From: an uncultured Actinomycetes bacterium | GTDB taxonomy: Bacteria > Actinomycetota > Thermoleophilia > Solirubrobacterales > 70-9 | Assembly: GCA_963696955.1 (NCBI GenBank) | Contig: CAVOMF010000002.1 | Location: 354,044-418,043, forward strand | Length of the DNA stretch: 64,000 nucleotides | Direction of reading: 5' to 3' | Part shown: positions 15,741 to 24,265 of the stretch, in pieces | Layout: the number at the start of each line of letters is the position of its first letter | Position numbering within the stretch: position 1 is the first letter of the stretch | The notes under the pieces: generated by a model | What the model saw: the letters and a program-made list of their open reading frames with translations, nothing else | Databases searched by the model: none | Told to the model about the DNA's origin: nothing | Made by a program: the position numbers and the translations under genes

Positions 15741-16901
15741 ATGGCGCGAAGACTGCACGTCGCTGGTAGCGCCAGTGCGGCCCTTCCCGATTTGGAGTCG
15801 CTGCGCTGGGCGCACCAACTGGTTCGGCTCGTGGTGCGATCCCATCTCGCTCCGGGAGGAACCATGCTGACCCAGGTCGGAGACGATCCCTCCCACACCC
15901 AGGACGCACAGTTGCGGATCCTCTTCGACTGGACCGTGATGGAGGTCTGTCGGGAGGCGATCGAAAACGGTGAGGCAGTCCCGCAGCAGGAAGGCCAACC
16001 ACTTGTGATCGGGATCTGCACTCCCTCCGGTCGGGAGCTGGTGTCGGAGCGAAACGAGGCGACCTTGACGGCGCTTCGGGACGCCGGCGCCCTGGGCGTA
16101 ACCGTGCTCCCGGATCGCTTCCGCTTCGGGGCACTGCTGCGACAGGTTCAAGCCGCACATGGCGATGTCCTCCTCACCCTCGGCGGCGGCGTCGGCGTCG
16201 AGCACCTGGTTCGCCTCTACATGGACAGGCGCAACCCGATCGTCCCCCTGGACCTGGAGATCGGATCGTCTGACGGCGACACCCCCTATGGCGGCACCGC
16301 GATCGCCGGCGAGGCACGTTCTCGCCCGGAGGACTTTCTGCAGCTGGTCGCGCCCGCGAGCGCAACCGCTCACCTCGATGGTCTGCGCACCAAACGCGGA
16401 GGCCTACTGCCGGCCGAGACGATCGCGGGTCGCGTGACCGCCCTGCTCGAAGAGCTGCGTCCCCGGCGAGCCTTCTATGTCCGTCTCCTCGACACGGCAT
16501 CTGAGTCCTTCGCCGACGTCGAGTGGTTCTTTCGCTCGGTGGTCGACCCGGTGGTCCAAGAACGCGGCTTTGAGCGCGTCGAGGTGGGAACCGACCCCCA
16601 GCGGCTGGGCTTCATCGACGCCGAGATCTTCACCGAGCTGCACTACGCCTCGGCAGCCGTGGTCGATATGACCGAGCAGCGCCCGAACTGCGCCCTCGAG
16701 CTGGGCTACGCCCTCGCCCGCGGCCACCTCGTCCTGCTGAGCGCCCGCGAAGGCGAGCGGCTTCCTTTCGACGTCGACAAGCTGCCCTGCCTGTTCTGGT
16801 CCCCTCACCTCGGAGCCGGAGCCCTGAAGCAGCGTCTCCGTGAGTACTGGGATAACCAGATCCAAAGGGCGCCGGTGGTTCCCCAGCTCCCGATCTCCTA
16901 G
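15741..16901 (+). CDS. SLOG-like domain fused to a TIR-like (CAP12/PycTIR or nucleoside 2-deoxyribosyltransferase-like) domain
   Basis: N-half has RLHVAGSAS and LTLGGGVGVEHL (LOG/SLOG GGxGxxxE). C-half has AFYVRLL...VVDMTEQRPNCALELGYALARGHLVLLSAREGERLPFDVDKL. The ORF track starts at TTG 15732; ATG 15741 is preferred. Confidence 0.55.
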   Translation: MARRLHVAGSASAALPDLESLRWAHQLVRLVVRSHLAPGGTMLTQVGDDPSHTQDAQLRILFDWTVMEVCREAIENGEAVPQQEGQPLVIGICTPSGRELVSERNEATLTALRDAGALGVTVLPDRFRFGALLRQVQAAHGDVLLTLGGGVGVEHLVRLYMDRRNPIVPLDLEIGSSDGDTPYGGTAIAGEARSRPEDFLQLVAPASATAHLDGLRTKRGGLLPAETIAGRVTALLEELRPRRAFYVRLLDTASESFADVEWFFRSVVDPVVQERGFERVEVGTDPQRLGFIDAEIFTELHYASAAVVDMTEQRPNCALELGYALARGHLVLLSAREGERLPFDVDKLPCLFWSPHLGAGALKQRLREYWDNQIQRAPVVPQLPIS

Positions 16902-18769
16902 GGCACGACGACGTTGAACCAGATGTTGAAGGTGTCGAGCAGCCCGATCAGCTCCGCCAGCGGGCCTGCGTCGGGCTCGGCCTCGCCGACAATCACGGCG
17001 TCGAGGTCCTTGCGCTCCAGCGTCACGGTCGCGTCGGCGTCGTCGGCCTGGCGACCCAGGGAGTGGTTGAGGGTGCCGCTGCGGAGCTCCAGCACCGCCT
17101 TCTCGCCGGTGTCGGTGACATCGAGGTTGAGAGTGATCTGCCGGCCCGCCGCTTCGGGGCCGTTGAGACGCATCGCCATGTAGTTGAAGAGCAGCTCCAG
17201 GCTCATCGCCCGCACCGTGTCCGGGGTGGCGGTGCCGGGGAAGGGGACGTCGGGGATGCCGTGGCGGAGGTCCTGGGCGCCGGTCAGGTAGTGGCCGCGC
17301 CAGCTGCCCGACTCCGCCTGGTAGCCCATCTGCTCCAGCGTGTCGGCCTGGAGCTCGCGCGCCGCCTTGTTCTGCGGGTCGGCGAAGACGACGTGGTTGA
17401 CGACCTCGGCCACCCAGCGGTACTCGCCCGCCTCGAATTCCCTGCGCGCTTTCTCTAGGACCTGGTCCGCCCCGCCCATCATCTCCACGTAGCGCTTCGA
17501 GGCCTCCTCCGGCGGCAGCTTGTGGAGGTTCGCGGGGTTGCCGTCGAACCAGCCCAGGTACTTGACGTAGGTCGCCTTGACGTTGTGGTTGACGGTCCCG
17601 TAATAGCCGCGCAGGCTCCACTCGCGCGCCAGCTCCGGCGGGAACTCGATCATCTCGCCGATCTCGACCGCGGTGTAGCCGTGGTTGGCGAGCCGCAGGG
17701 TCTGGTCGTGGATGAAGCGGTAGGCGTCGCGGCCGTTGCGCAGCATCGCCAGCACGTCATCGGTCCCCCAGACCGGCCAGTGGTGCATCGCGTAGAGCAC
17801 CTCCGCCCGGTGGCCCCAGCGGTCGATCGTCTCGTTCAGGTACTGCGACCAAGCCTGCGGGTCGCGGGTCGGCGCCCCGCGCAGGGTGTAGGTGTTGTGG
17901 AGGGTGTGGCAGCAGTTCTCGGCCGCGGTCAGCGCCCCCAGCTCCTCGACGAACCAGTGCATCTCCGCCGGCGCCTCGGTGTCCGGCGCCAGCAGGAACT
18001 CGAAGGTGAGGCCGTCGATCTCGAGCTTCTGGTCGGTCTCGGTGATCTCCTCGGTCGGCGGGATCAGGGTCGGCGCCCCGGCCGAGACGCCGATCCCGAG
18101 CCCGGCGCCGACGTGGCCCTTCGGCCCCGGCTGCAGCAGCACGCCCAGGTGGTACATCGCCCGCCGGCTCATCGCCGTCCCCGCCATCACGTTCTCGGAG
18201 ACCGCCGCCTCGAGGAACCCGACCGGCGCGATCACCCGCACCTTCCCCGCCTTCACGTCCTCCTCGGAGATCACGCCCTTGACGCCGCCGTAGTGGTCGA
18301 CGTGGCTGTGGGAGTGGATCATCGCCACCACCTCCCTGCGCGGGCGGTGTTCGAAGTAGAGGTCGAGCGCGGCCCGCGCGGTCTCCGGCGAGACCAGCGG
18401 GTCCATCAGGATCAGGCCGGTCTCGCCCTCGATGATCGTCAGGTTGGAGAGGTCCTGGCCGCGCACCTGATAGAGGCGGTCGACGACTTTGAAGAGGCCG
18501 CCTTTCTTGATCAGCTGGGCGTTCCGCCAGAGGCTGGGGTTGACGGTCGGCGGCGCCGGCGCACCCTCCTCGACGAAGTCCAGCGCGGCGCCGTTGAAGA
18601 CGGGCGTCCCGTCCTCCTTGGTGGCGATGCCGCCGTTGTTGAGCGGCGCGATGAAACCGCGGGCGGCGTCCTCGAAGTCCCTCGTGTAGTCGAAGGGCAG
18701 CTCACCGAGGACGGCTTCGTTGATCCGCTTCGTGAACTCGGTCGCGTCCTTGCGCTCACACACTTTCAT
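16898..18769 (-). CDS. MBL-fold alkyl/aryl-sulfatase (SdsA1/BDS1/YjcS family)
   Basis: 623 aa. IHSHSHVDHYGG metallo-beta-lactamase motif, a dimerisation region, and an SCP2-like C-terminus. Confidence 0.85.
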   Translation of the reverse strand: MKVCERKDATEFTKRINEAVLGELPFDYTRDFEDAARGFIAPLNNGGIATKEDGTPVFNGAALDFVEEGAPAPPTVNPSLWRNAQLIKKGGLFKVVDRLYQVRGQDLSNLTIIEGETGLILMDPLVSPETARAALDLYFEHRPRREVVAMIHSHSHVDHYGGVKGVISEEDVKAGKVRVIAPVGFLEAAVSENVMAGTAMSRRAMYHLGVLLQPGPKGHVGAGLGIGVSAGAPTLIPPTEEITETDQKLEIDGLTFEFLLAPDTEAPAEMHWFVEELGALTAAENCCHTLHNTYTLRGAPTRDPQAWSQYLNETIDRWGHRAEVLYAMHHWPVWGTDDVLAMLRNGRDAYRFIHDQTLRLANHGYTAVEIGEMIEFPPELAREWSLRGYYGTVNHNVKATYVKYLGWFDGNPANLHKLPPEEASKRYVEMMGGADQVLEKARREFEAGEYRWVAEVVNHVVFADPQNKAARELQADTLEQMGYQAESGSWRGHYLTGAQDLRHGIPDVPFPGTATPDTVRAMSLELLFNYMAMRLNGPEAAGRQITLNLDVTDTGEKAVLELRSGTLNHSLGRQADDADATVTLERKDLDAVIVGEAEPDAGPLAELIGLLDTFNIWFNVVVP

Positions 18770-18795
18770 CCCTCCTCTACCGCTTTGCCCGCCCG

Positions 18796-19179
18796 GTGAA
18801 GATAATCGCCTGGGTGAACCAAGACAGCAGAGACCCGGCCGTCGTCGACGCGACCCGGCGCACCCGGCTCGCCAACGAGCGCACCGAGCTCGCTTGGTGG
18901 CGGACCGGGATGACCGTCTTTGCCCTGGCCCTGGCGATCAGCCGGGTAATCCCCGAGCTGGCCGATACCTCGCACCGCTGGCCCTACATCCTCGCCGGCG
19001 GCGCTTTCGCCCTCTACGGCACCGCCCTGATCGCCTACGGCAGCAGCCGGCGGCGGTCCGTCGAAAGGGCGCTCAGCCGCGGTGAGTTCCCCGACCCGCT
19101 CGGGAAGGCGCAGACCGCGTTCGCGGCCGGCGGTGTCCTCCTCGGGGTGATGACCGTCCTCCTGGTGGTCCTCGACTAG
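18796..19179 (+). CDS. DUF202 (YidH-like) membrane protein
   Basis: LANERTELAWWRTGMTVFALALAI signature plus three TM segments. Confidence 0.75.
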   Translation: MKIIAWVNQDSRDPAVVDATRRTRLANERTELAWWRTGMTVFALALAISRVIPELADTSHRWPYILAGGAFALYGTALIAYGSSRRRSVERALSRGEFPDPLGKAQTAFAAGGVLLGVMTVLLVVLD

Positions 19180-19200
19180 CGCTGCTGGGATGATTTCGCC

Positions 19201-19467
19201 ATGACTCGCAGCCAGGTTCCCGGCGGTGTGGTGCACGAGCTGCCCGCGGACTTGCGTGAGGCACTGATCGCCGATGCCACGGTCCTCGACACCTGGAAGG
19301 ACATCACGCCGCTGGCCCGCAACGAGTTCATCTGCTGGGTCGAGGACGCCAAGCAGCAGAAAACCCGGGAGCGGCGCATCCGCCGCACCCGCGAAGAGCT
19401 GGAAGAAGGCATGCGCCGGCCCTGCTGCTGGCCCGGGTGCAAGCACCGCGAGCGCAACGGCAGGTAG
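19201..19467 (+). CDS. YdeI/OmpD-associated family protein
   Basis: LPADLREALIADATVLDTWKDITPLARNEFICWVEDAKQQKTRERRIRRTREEL. Confidence 0.7.
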   Translation: MTRSQVPGGVVHELPADLREALIADATVLDTWKDITPLARNEFICWVEDAKQQKTRERRIRRTREELEEGMRRPCCWPGCKHRERNGR

Positions 19468-19504
19468 CCCGTAACGCTTTTTCGCCCTGCGGCAAATAAG
19501 GGGC

Positions 19505-20161
19505 ATGGAGACTGAATTGGCGTTACCTCAACCACCGAGCTCCCTCGGCCGCCGGCTGGCTTTGATCAAGGTGAGGGACAGGGGCGTTGGGCCCGAGCAG
19601 GTTCGCCTCATAGCCACCAACCCCGAGATCTTCGAGGTCTTCTACCGCGAGCATGTGGAGGCGATCCAGGGGTTCGTCGCTCGCCGGGTCGGCGATCGCG
19701 AGCGGGCGGCGGACCTCACCGCGGAGATATTCCTGGCGGCGATCGGCGCCGCTCACCGGTACCGACCGCGACGGGGGAGCCCGAAGGCCTGGCTCTACGG
19801 CATCGCCCAGAACGTCGTCGCGATCGAGCGGCGGCGGGCGGGTCGCGAGCGGGACCGGGAGGAGCGGCTCCGCGGCAGCGCCCTGCTCGACGAGAGCGAC
19901 GCGGCGGAGATCGACGCCCGGATCGACGCCGCCGCCGAGCAGCGCCATCTCTACCAGGCGATGGAGCGGCTGACCGAGACGGAGCGGGCCGTGATCGAGC
20001 TCGTCGCCATCGACGAACTGAGCCTCACCGAGGCCGCCGCCGCCGCGGGCGTCCGACCCGTGACCGCGCGGGTTCGCCTGCACCGCGCCCGGCGCAAGCT
20101 GCGAGCCGAGCTCGAGGCCGCGTCAACCGAACCAACCGTTAACGAGGGGGGACCAGCATGA
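19505..20161 (+). CDS. ECF RNA polymerase sigma factor (start uncertain)
   Basis: FEVFYREHVEAIQGFVARRVGDRERAADLTAEIFL...PKAWLYGIAQNV (region 2); LTETERAVIELVAIDELSLTEAAAAAGVRPVTARVRLHRARRKL (region 4). Confidence 0.85.
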   Translation: METELALPQPPSSLGRRLALIKVRDRGVGPEQVRLIATNPEIFEVFYREHVEAIQGFVARRVGDRERAADLTAEIFLAAIGAAHRYRPRRGSPKAWLYGIAQNVVAIERRRAGRERDREERLRGSALLDESDAAEIDARIDAAAEQRHLYQAMERLTETERAVIELVAIDELSLTEAAAAAGVRPVTARVRLHRARRKLRAELEAASTEPTVNEGGPA

Positions 20162-20928
20162 AAGAGAACCGAGACCGCGGCAGCAACTTCGAGGAGCGGC
20201 TGCTCGAGGAGCTGAAGAACGTCGTCGCCCAGCGGGCCGCCGACGAAGAGGAGCTCTCGACCGAGCCCGAAAAGCACCCGGCCGGCCGGCGAAGCGCTCC
20301 GCGGCTGGCCTTCGGCGGGGCGACCGTCCTCGCCGCTGCGGCAGTGATGCTCGTCTTCAACTCCGGAAGCGGCGACACGCCCAAGGCATTCGCCGTCGAA
20401 CCGCAGGACGGCGGCGGGGTGACGATCAGCATCTACAGCGCCGAAGACGCCAGCGGCCTCGAAGGGGCGCTGGCGGAAGCCGGAATCCGCTCCCAGGTGA
20501 CCTGGCTGCCCGCCGGGCTGACCTGCCGCGAACCGCGCTTCACGCCGTCAAGCGCGAAGACGTCGGGCGGCGGAACCATCGGCGGGATGACCCTCGCCGG
20601 CCCCGGCAAGGCGATGACGATCGGGGTGATGAGCCACGAGCAGTGGAGCGAGCTCTGGAGCAAGCACACCAGCGGCGAAATCTCCGACGACGACTACTAC
20701 GCCTCGACTCCGAACGTGAGCCTCGATCCCGAAGGCCTTCGTCCCGACCAGACCGTGGTCATCTCCGGCTCACGGGGTCCCTACGACGGCAACCCCGAAG
20801 GCGGCTTCGAAGCTCAGCTCGCGATCGCCGAAGGGCCGGTCGAACCGTGCGACGCCGTAAAGGTACCCGCCGGCAGAAGCCTCGAAGGCATGAACGAGGT
20901 GATCGAAGCCGAAGGCGCCGGCAAGTAG
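20158..20928 (+). CDS. single-pass membrane protein, putative cognate anti-sigma factor
   Basis: ATGA overlap with the sigma gene. Cytoplasmic charged N-terminus, TM segment FGGATVLAAAAVMLVF, extracytoplasmic C-domain. Confidence 0.5.
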   Translation: MKENRDRGSNFEERLLEELKNVVAQRAADEEELSTEPEKHPAGRRSAPRLAFGGATVLAAAAVMLVFNSGSGDTPKAFAVEPQDGGGVTISIYSAEDASGLEGALAEAGIRSQVTWLPAGLTCREPRFTPSSAKTSGGGTIGGMTLAGPGKAMTIGVMSHEQWSELWSKHTSGEISDDDYYASTPNVSLDPEGLRPDQTVVISGSRGPYDGNPEGGFEAQLAIAEGPVEPCDAVKVPAGRSLEGMNEVIEAEGAGK

Positions 20929-20938
20929 TCCTCGCGGT

Positions 20939-21358
20939 TCAAGCCAGCACGAACCGCATCACGACCTGGGTCCCCTGGCCCTCCTGGACGATTTGCAGGT
21001 CGTCGCAGAGGCGGGCGATGATCGCGAGGCCGAGGCCGAGGCCGCCGGAGGGGCCGGGGCGGAAGCCGGTGCCGCGGTCGGCGATGCGCAGGGTCAGCCA
21101 GCCGTCCTCGGCGGCGGCCGAGAGGTCGACGGTGCCGCTCTCGTCGCGCCCGTACGCGTATTTGACGGCGTTGGTGGTGGCCTCGGAGACAGCGAGGACG
21201 ACGTCGGTGACCAGGTCCGCGTCCGCGCCCTGCTCGGCGGCGAAGGCGGCCGCCCGATGGCGGAAGACGGTAACCGTCTCCGGCTCGGCGGGGCGGCTGA
21301 TTTCAAATCCGCTCAGGGTCGCCTTCGCCTCGGGGCGGGGTGAGCGGTCGCCGACCAT
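20939..21358 (-). CDS. anti-sigma regulatory factor, serine kinase (RsbW/SpoIIAB-like HATPase_c_2)
   Basis: LAVSEATTNAVKYAY...LRIADRGTGF...GGLGLGLAIIARLCDD. Confidence 0.75.
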   Translation of the reverse strand: MVGDRSPRPEAKATLSGFEISRPAEPETVTVFRHRAAAFAAEQGADADLVTDVVLAVSEATTNAVKYAYGRDESGTVDLSAAAEDGWLTLRIADRGTGFRPGPSGGLGLGLAIIARLCDDLQIVQEGQGTQVVMRFVLA

Positions 21359-21374
21359 CAGGAAGAACTCCTCA

Positions 21375-21716
21375 TCAGGGCGATCTCTCGTCGCTGGCGC
21401 GGGCCATCTCCCTCGCCTCCGGCGCCCGCTTGACGACGATCAGATAGGCAGGCCGCCGCTCGACCACCCTGTCGACCTCATCGATCTCGTGGCCGGGGAC
21501 GACGAAGAAGCGATCGAAGTCCACCCTCACTTCCTCGTACTCCCCGACCGCGATCTCGACGGTCTCGCTGCAGCCGAGGTTGCCGCACTCGCAGACGAAG
21601 ACCGCGCTGCGATCGGGCCGCCCCTGCGGCTCGATCGCCTCATTGACACGGCGTCCATTTACCTCCGCCGCCGCAGCCCGGCGCTGGAAGCGCTCTTCCG
21701 AAGCCTGATCAGTCAC
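21375..21716 (-). CDS. hypothetical protein
   Basis: 113 aa. Cys cluster VFVCECGNLGCSE. Sits immediately upstream of the RsbW-like gene on the same strand. Confidence 0.5.
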   Translation of the reverse strand: MTDQASEERFQRRAAAAEVNGRRVNEAIEPQGRPDRSAVFVCECGNLGCSETVEIAVGEYEEVRVDFDRFFVVPGHEIDEVDRVVERRPAYLIVVKRAPEAREMARASDERSP

Positions 21717-21783
21717 CGTCGTCTAATTCCCGCTGAGGTTGAGCAGGAAACCTGACGGCCAGGTTAGGGATGGGGGCGGCGCT

Positions 21784-21969
21784 TCAGAGCGAGGCGATCT
21801 GGCGCACCTCGATTTCGGTGCCGCCGTCGAAGGGGGCTTTTTCGAGCCAGGCGATCGCGTCCTCGCGCGAGTCGCACTCCCAGAGCCAGTAGCCGGCGAC
21901 GATCTCCTTGGCCTCGGTGAAGGGCCCGTCGGTGACCGTGCGTTGAACGGGCGCGGCGGAAATCGACAC
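21784..21969 (-). pseudogene. C-terminal fragment of a YCII-related (DGPF) protein
   Basis: TVTDGPFTEAKEIVAGYWLWECDSREDAIAWLEKAPF...EIEVRQI is the C-half of a YCII-like domain. The N-half is missing and ogt ends only 10 nt upstream. Confidence 0.45.
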
Positions 21970-21979
21970 GGGCCGAAAG

Positions 21980-22486
21980 TCAGAGGATTGCCAGCTGGCG
22001 GCGCTGCTCGAGGTCGAGCAGCGCCCGCTTGCGGTGGAGGCCGCCGGCGTAGCCGGTGAGGGAGCCGTCGGAGCCGATCACCCGGTGACAGGGGACGACG
22101 ATCGCGACGGGATTGCGGCCGTTGGCGGCGCCGACCACGCGGGCGCGCTGCCACGTCTCCATGCCGCTGTCGAAGAGGGAGGCCTCGATCCGCGCCGCCT
22201 GCTCGCCGTAGGTCGCGGTCTCGCCGTAGGGGATCTGCAGAAGCGCCCGCCAGACCGCCCGCTCGAGAGGGGTGCCGTGGAGATCGAGGGGAAGGTCGAA
22301 CTGCTGCAGCTCGGCCGCGAAGTAGGCGTCGAGCTGCTCGGTGATCTCGGGCATCGGCGCCTTCGTCGCCCCGGCGGGGAGGCGCGAGTGCCCCTCGAAG
22401 CTGAGCGCGGTCAGTCCCGCGTCGCTTGCCACCAAGGTCAGCGGACCGATCGGGCTGTCGTGGACGGTCCAGCGGATGGCGCTCAT
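21980..22486 (-). CDS. ogt: methylated-DNA--protein-cysteine methyltransferase
   Basis: VWRALLQIPYGETATYGEQA...NPVAIVVPCHRVIGSDGSLTGYAGG (PCHRV active site). Confidence 0.9.
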   Translation of the reverse strand: MSAIRWTVHDSPIGPLTLVASDAGLTALSFEGHSRLPAGATKAPMPEITEQLDAYFAAELQQFDLPLDLHGTPLERAVWRALLQIPYGETATYGEQAARIEASLFDSGMETWQRARVVGAANGRNPVAIVVPCHRVIGSDGSLTGYAGGLHRKRALLDLEQRRQLAIL

Positions 22487-22581
22487 GTCTATAGAACGCT
22501 GCGGGTGGAAGAAGCGTGAGGTCTTCGCAAGGTCCGTTGCAGGACGGGCTTGGCGTCCGGCCCTCTCGCAACCATCGGGAC

Positions 22582-22785
22582 ATGTGGCAAGTGACCGTCG
22601 TCTGTTCCAGCTGCGCGGAGGAGTCCGACGTTGTCGTCGAGACCCTCGACGACGTCGACCGCGAGGTCTGCGAGTGCGGCTATAGCTACGTGGTGGTCTC
22701 GGTCGCCGAGTTCGAGCCGGTGGAGATCGCCGGGGCCGAAGTGATCGAGCTGCGGCGCCGCGACGACGGCCGCATGGCTGCCTAG
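22582..22785 (+). CDS. hypothetical small Cys-rich protein
   Basis: Internal ATG: MWQVTVVCSSCAEESDVVVETLDDVDREVCECGYSYVV (CxxC...CxC). Confidence 0.4.
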   Translation: MWQVTVVCSSCAEESDVVVETLDDVDREVCECGYSYVVVSVAEFEPVEIAGAEVIELRRRDDGRMAA

Positions 22786-22851
22786 GAGGGATTGGCGAAA
22801 CCCGCGTGTGCGCTGGCGAGCGCCGGACCGAGCGGGGGTAGGACGCAGGTA

Positions 22852-23082
22852 GGCCGAATAGCGGAGCTCATGTGTATCCGGCTCCGCCAGGCCTGGCCCT
22901 GCACGAGTCTCTCGCGTAGACATCCGGGCAGACCCGCCAGCTCGCGCCGCAGCCGATTTTGACCACAGCGGGGTGTGGTCAAAGTCGGATGCGCCTCAAG
23001 TCGACCCATCCACGACTGTCCTCGGGGCTCAGGAGTGGGCTCCCTGGGCGAACCGGATACTCATGAGCGTTGCTATTCGGCC
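22852..23082. repeat. 231-bp nested inverted-repeat element between convergent genes
   Basis: Outer 30-nt arms at 22852-22881 and 23053-23082 match 26 of 30 as reverse complements. A 15-bp hairpin CCGATTTTGACCACA-gcgggg-TGTGGTCAAAGTCGG (22953-22988, one G-T pair) sits at the exact centre. Confidence 0.6.
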
Positions 23083-23161
23083 GACTGAGGACGCCGCACC
23101 TCGCAGTGTCCGCCGCCGCCAGGCGTGCGCGGGGGTGTCGCCGAGCCCTCCTAGCCGCGGC

Positions 23162-24118
23162 TCAGCGCCAGCCGAACACGCGCGGGGGAAAGATGCAGGC
23201 GGGGTAGCGGCAGCTGGTTCGGGTAATCGGGTTCGCCGCGCCACCGGCGACGGGGGCGGTGCCAAGTGCAAAGCTCGGCTTCGCCCACGAGGTGAAGACG
23301 AATCGACCGGCGTCCGGCGAGAAGAACGGGTTGAAGCCTTCTTCCGGCAAGGTGACGGGGGTTCCCGCCGGATTCGAGCCATCGGCCGGGGCGACGAGGT
23401 ACTGCGTCGGGAAGAATTCCGGCAGTTCGCCCTTCGGGTCGCCTTCGCCGGTGCCGTCGGCGAAGACCAGCTTCCCGCTGTCGGCGGACCAGGCGACCTC
23501 GCCGATTTCTTTGCCTTCGCCGGTGCTCTGGTAGACGACGGTGCGATCGCTGCCGTCGGGCTTGGCCGAGAACAGCGTCTCGACGTCGCCGTCGGCGCAG
23601 TTGGGGACGAGGCAGCCGTAGACGATGAAGGCGATGCGGCGGCCGTCAGGGCTGGGGACGACGCGTTCGTCGACGACGGATTCGGAGGTCCTGACGGCGC
23701 GGAAGACGCTGGCCTTACGCGCTCCCGGCGCCAGCGAGAAGACTTTCGTGAACGCCTTCACCCAGTAGGCGCGGCCATCGGGGCCGAGGGTGACAATGTC
23801 GTAGCGGATGGCCCGGGGCAGCGGGCCGACCCGGCGCAGGTGGGTGCCGTCGGTCCGGATCGAGCCGACCTCGTCCTGGCGGCAGACGCAGAAGATCCGG
23901 CGCCCGTCGCGGGAGAGGGCGGCGGCTCCACCCTGCGGGCCGTCCGGCATCCGCCGCCGGAGGAGCTGGGGCTTGCCGCCGCTCGCCGGGACCGACCAGA
24001 TCCGGGAGGTGCCGGGAAGCGGAGAGCTGGTGGTGAAGTAGACCGTCTGCTTGCCCGCGGCGGCGGCCGGCAGAACCAGGGCGGCCGCGAGGATCAACGT
24101 GGAGGCGAAACGGACCAC
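23162..24118 (-). CDS. secreted beta-propeller (TolB/PD40-like) protein
   Basis: Signal peptide MVRFASTLILAAALVLPAAAAG. Repeated SPDG/SRDG-RIAF/RIFC-type blades. Confidence 0.6.
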   Translation of the reverse strand: MVRFASTLILAAALVLPAAAAGKQTVYFTTSSPLPGTSRIWSVPASGGKPQLLRRRMPDGPQGGAAALSRDGRRIFCVCRQDEVGSIRTDGTHLRRVGPLPRAIRYDIVTLGPDGRAYWVKAFTKVFSLAPGARKASVFRAVRTSESVVDERVVPSPDGRRIAFIVYGCLVPNCADGDVETLFSAKPDGSDRTVVYQSTGEGKEIGEVAWSADSGKLVFADGTGEGDPKGELPEFFPTQYLVAPADGSNPAGTPVTLPEEGFNPFFSPDAGRFVFTSWAKPSFALGTAPVAGGAANPITRTSCRYPACIFPPRVFGWR

Positions 24119-24265
24119 GCAGCGATCCTAAACGCCGCTCTGCACGCCAGTGCCTTTGGCTGCTGCGGGTCGAGGCGAAGGACGCGCTCCGCAGCTATCC
24201 GGCCGAGCTGGTGGTCAAGGTCGAGGGCCAGGAGATCGCCCGGACCAGCGCCGGGCCGGCAGCTC

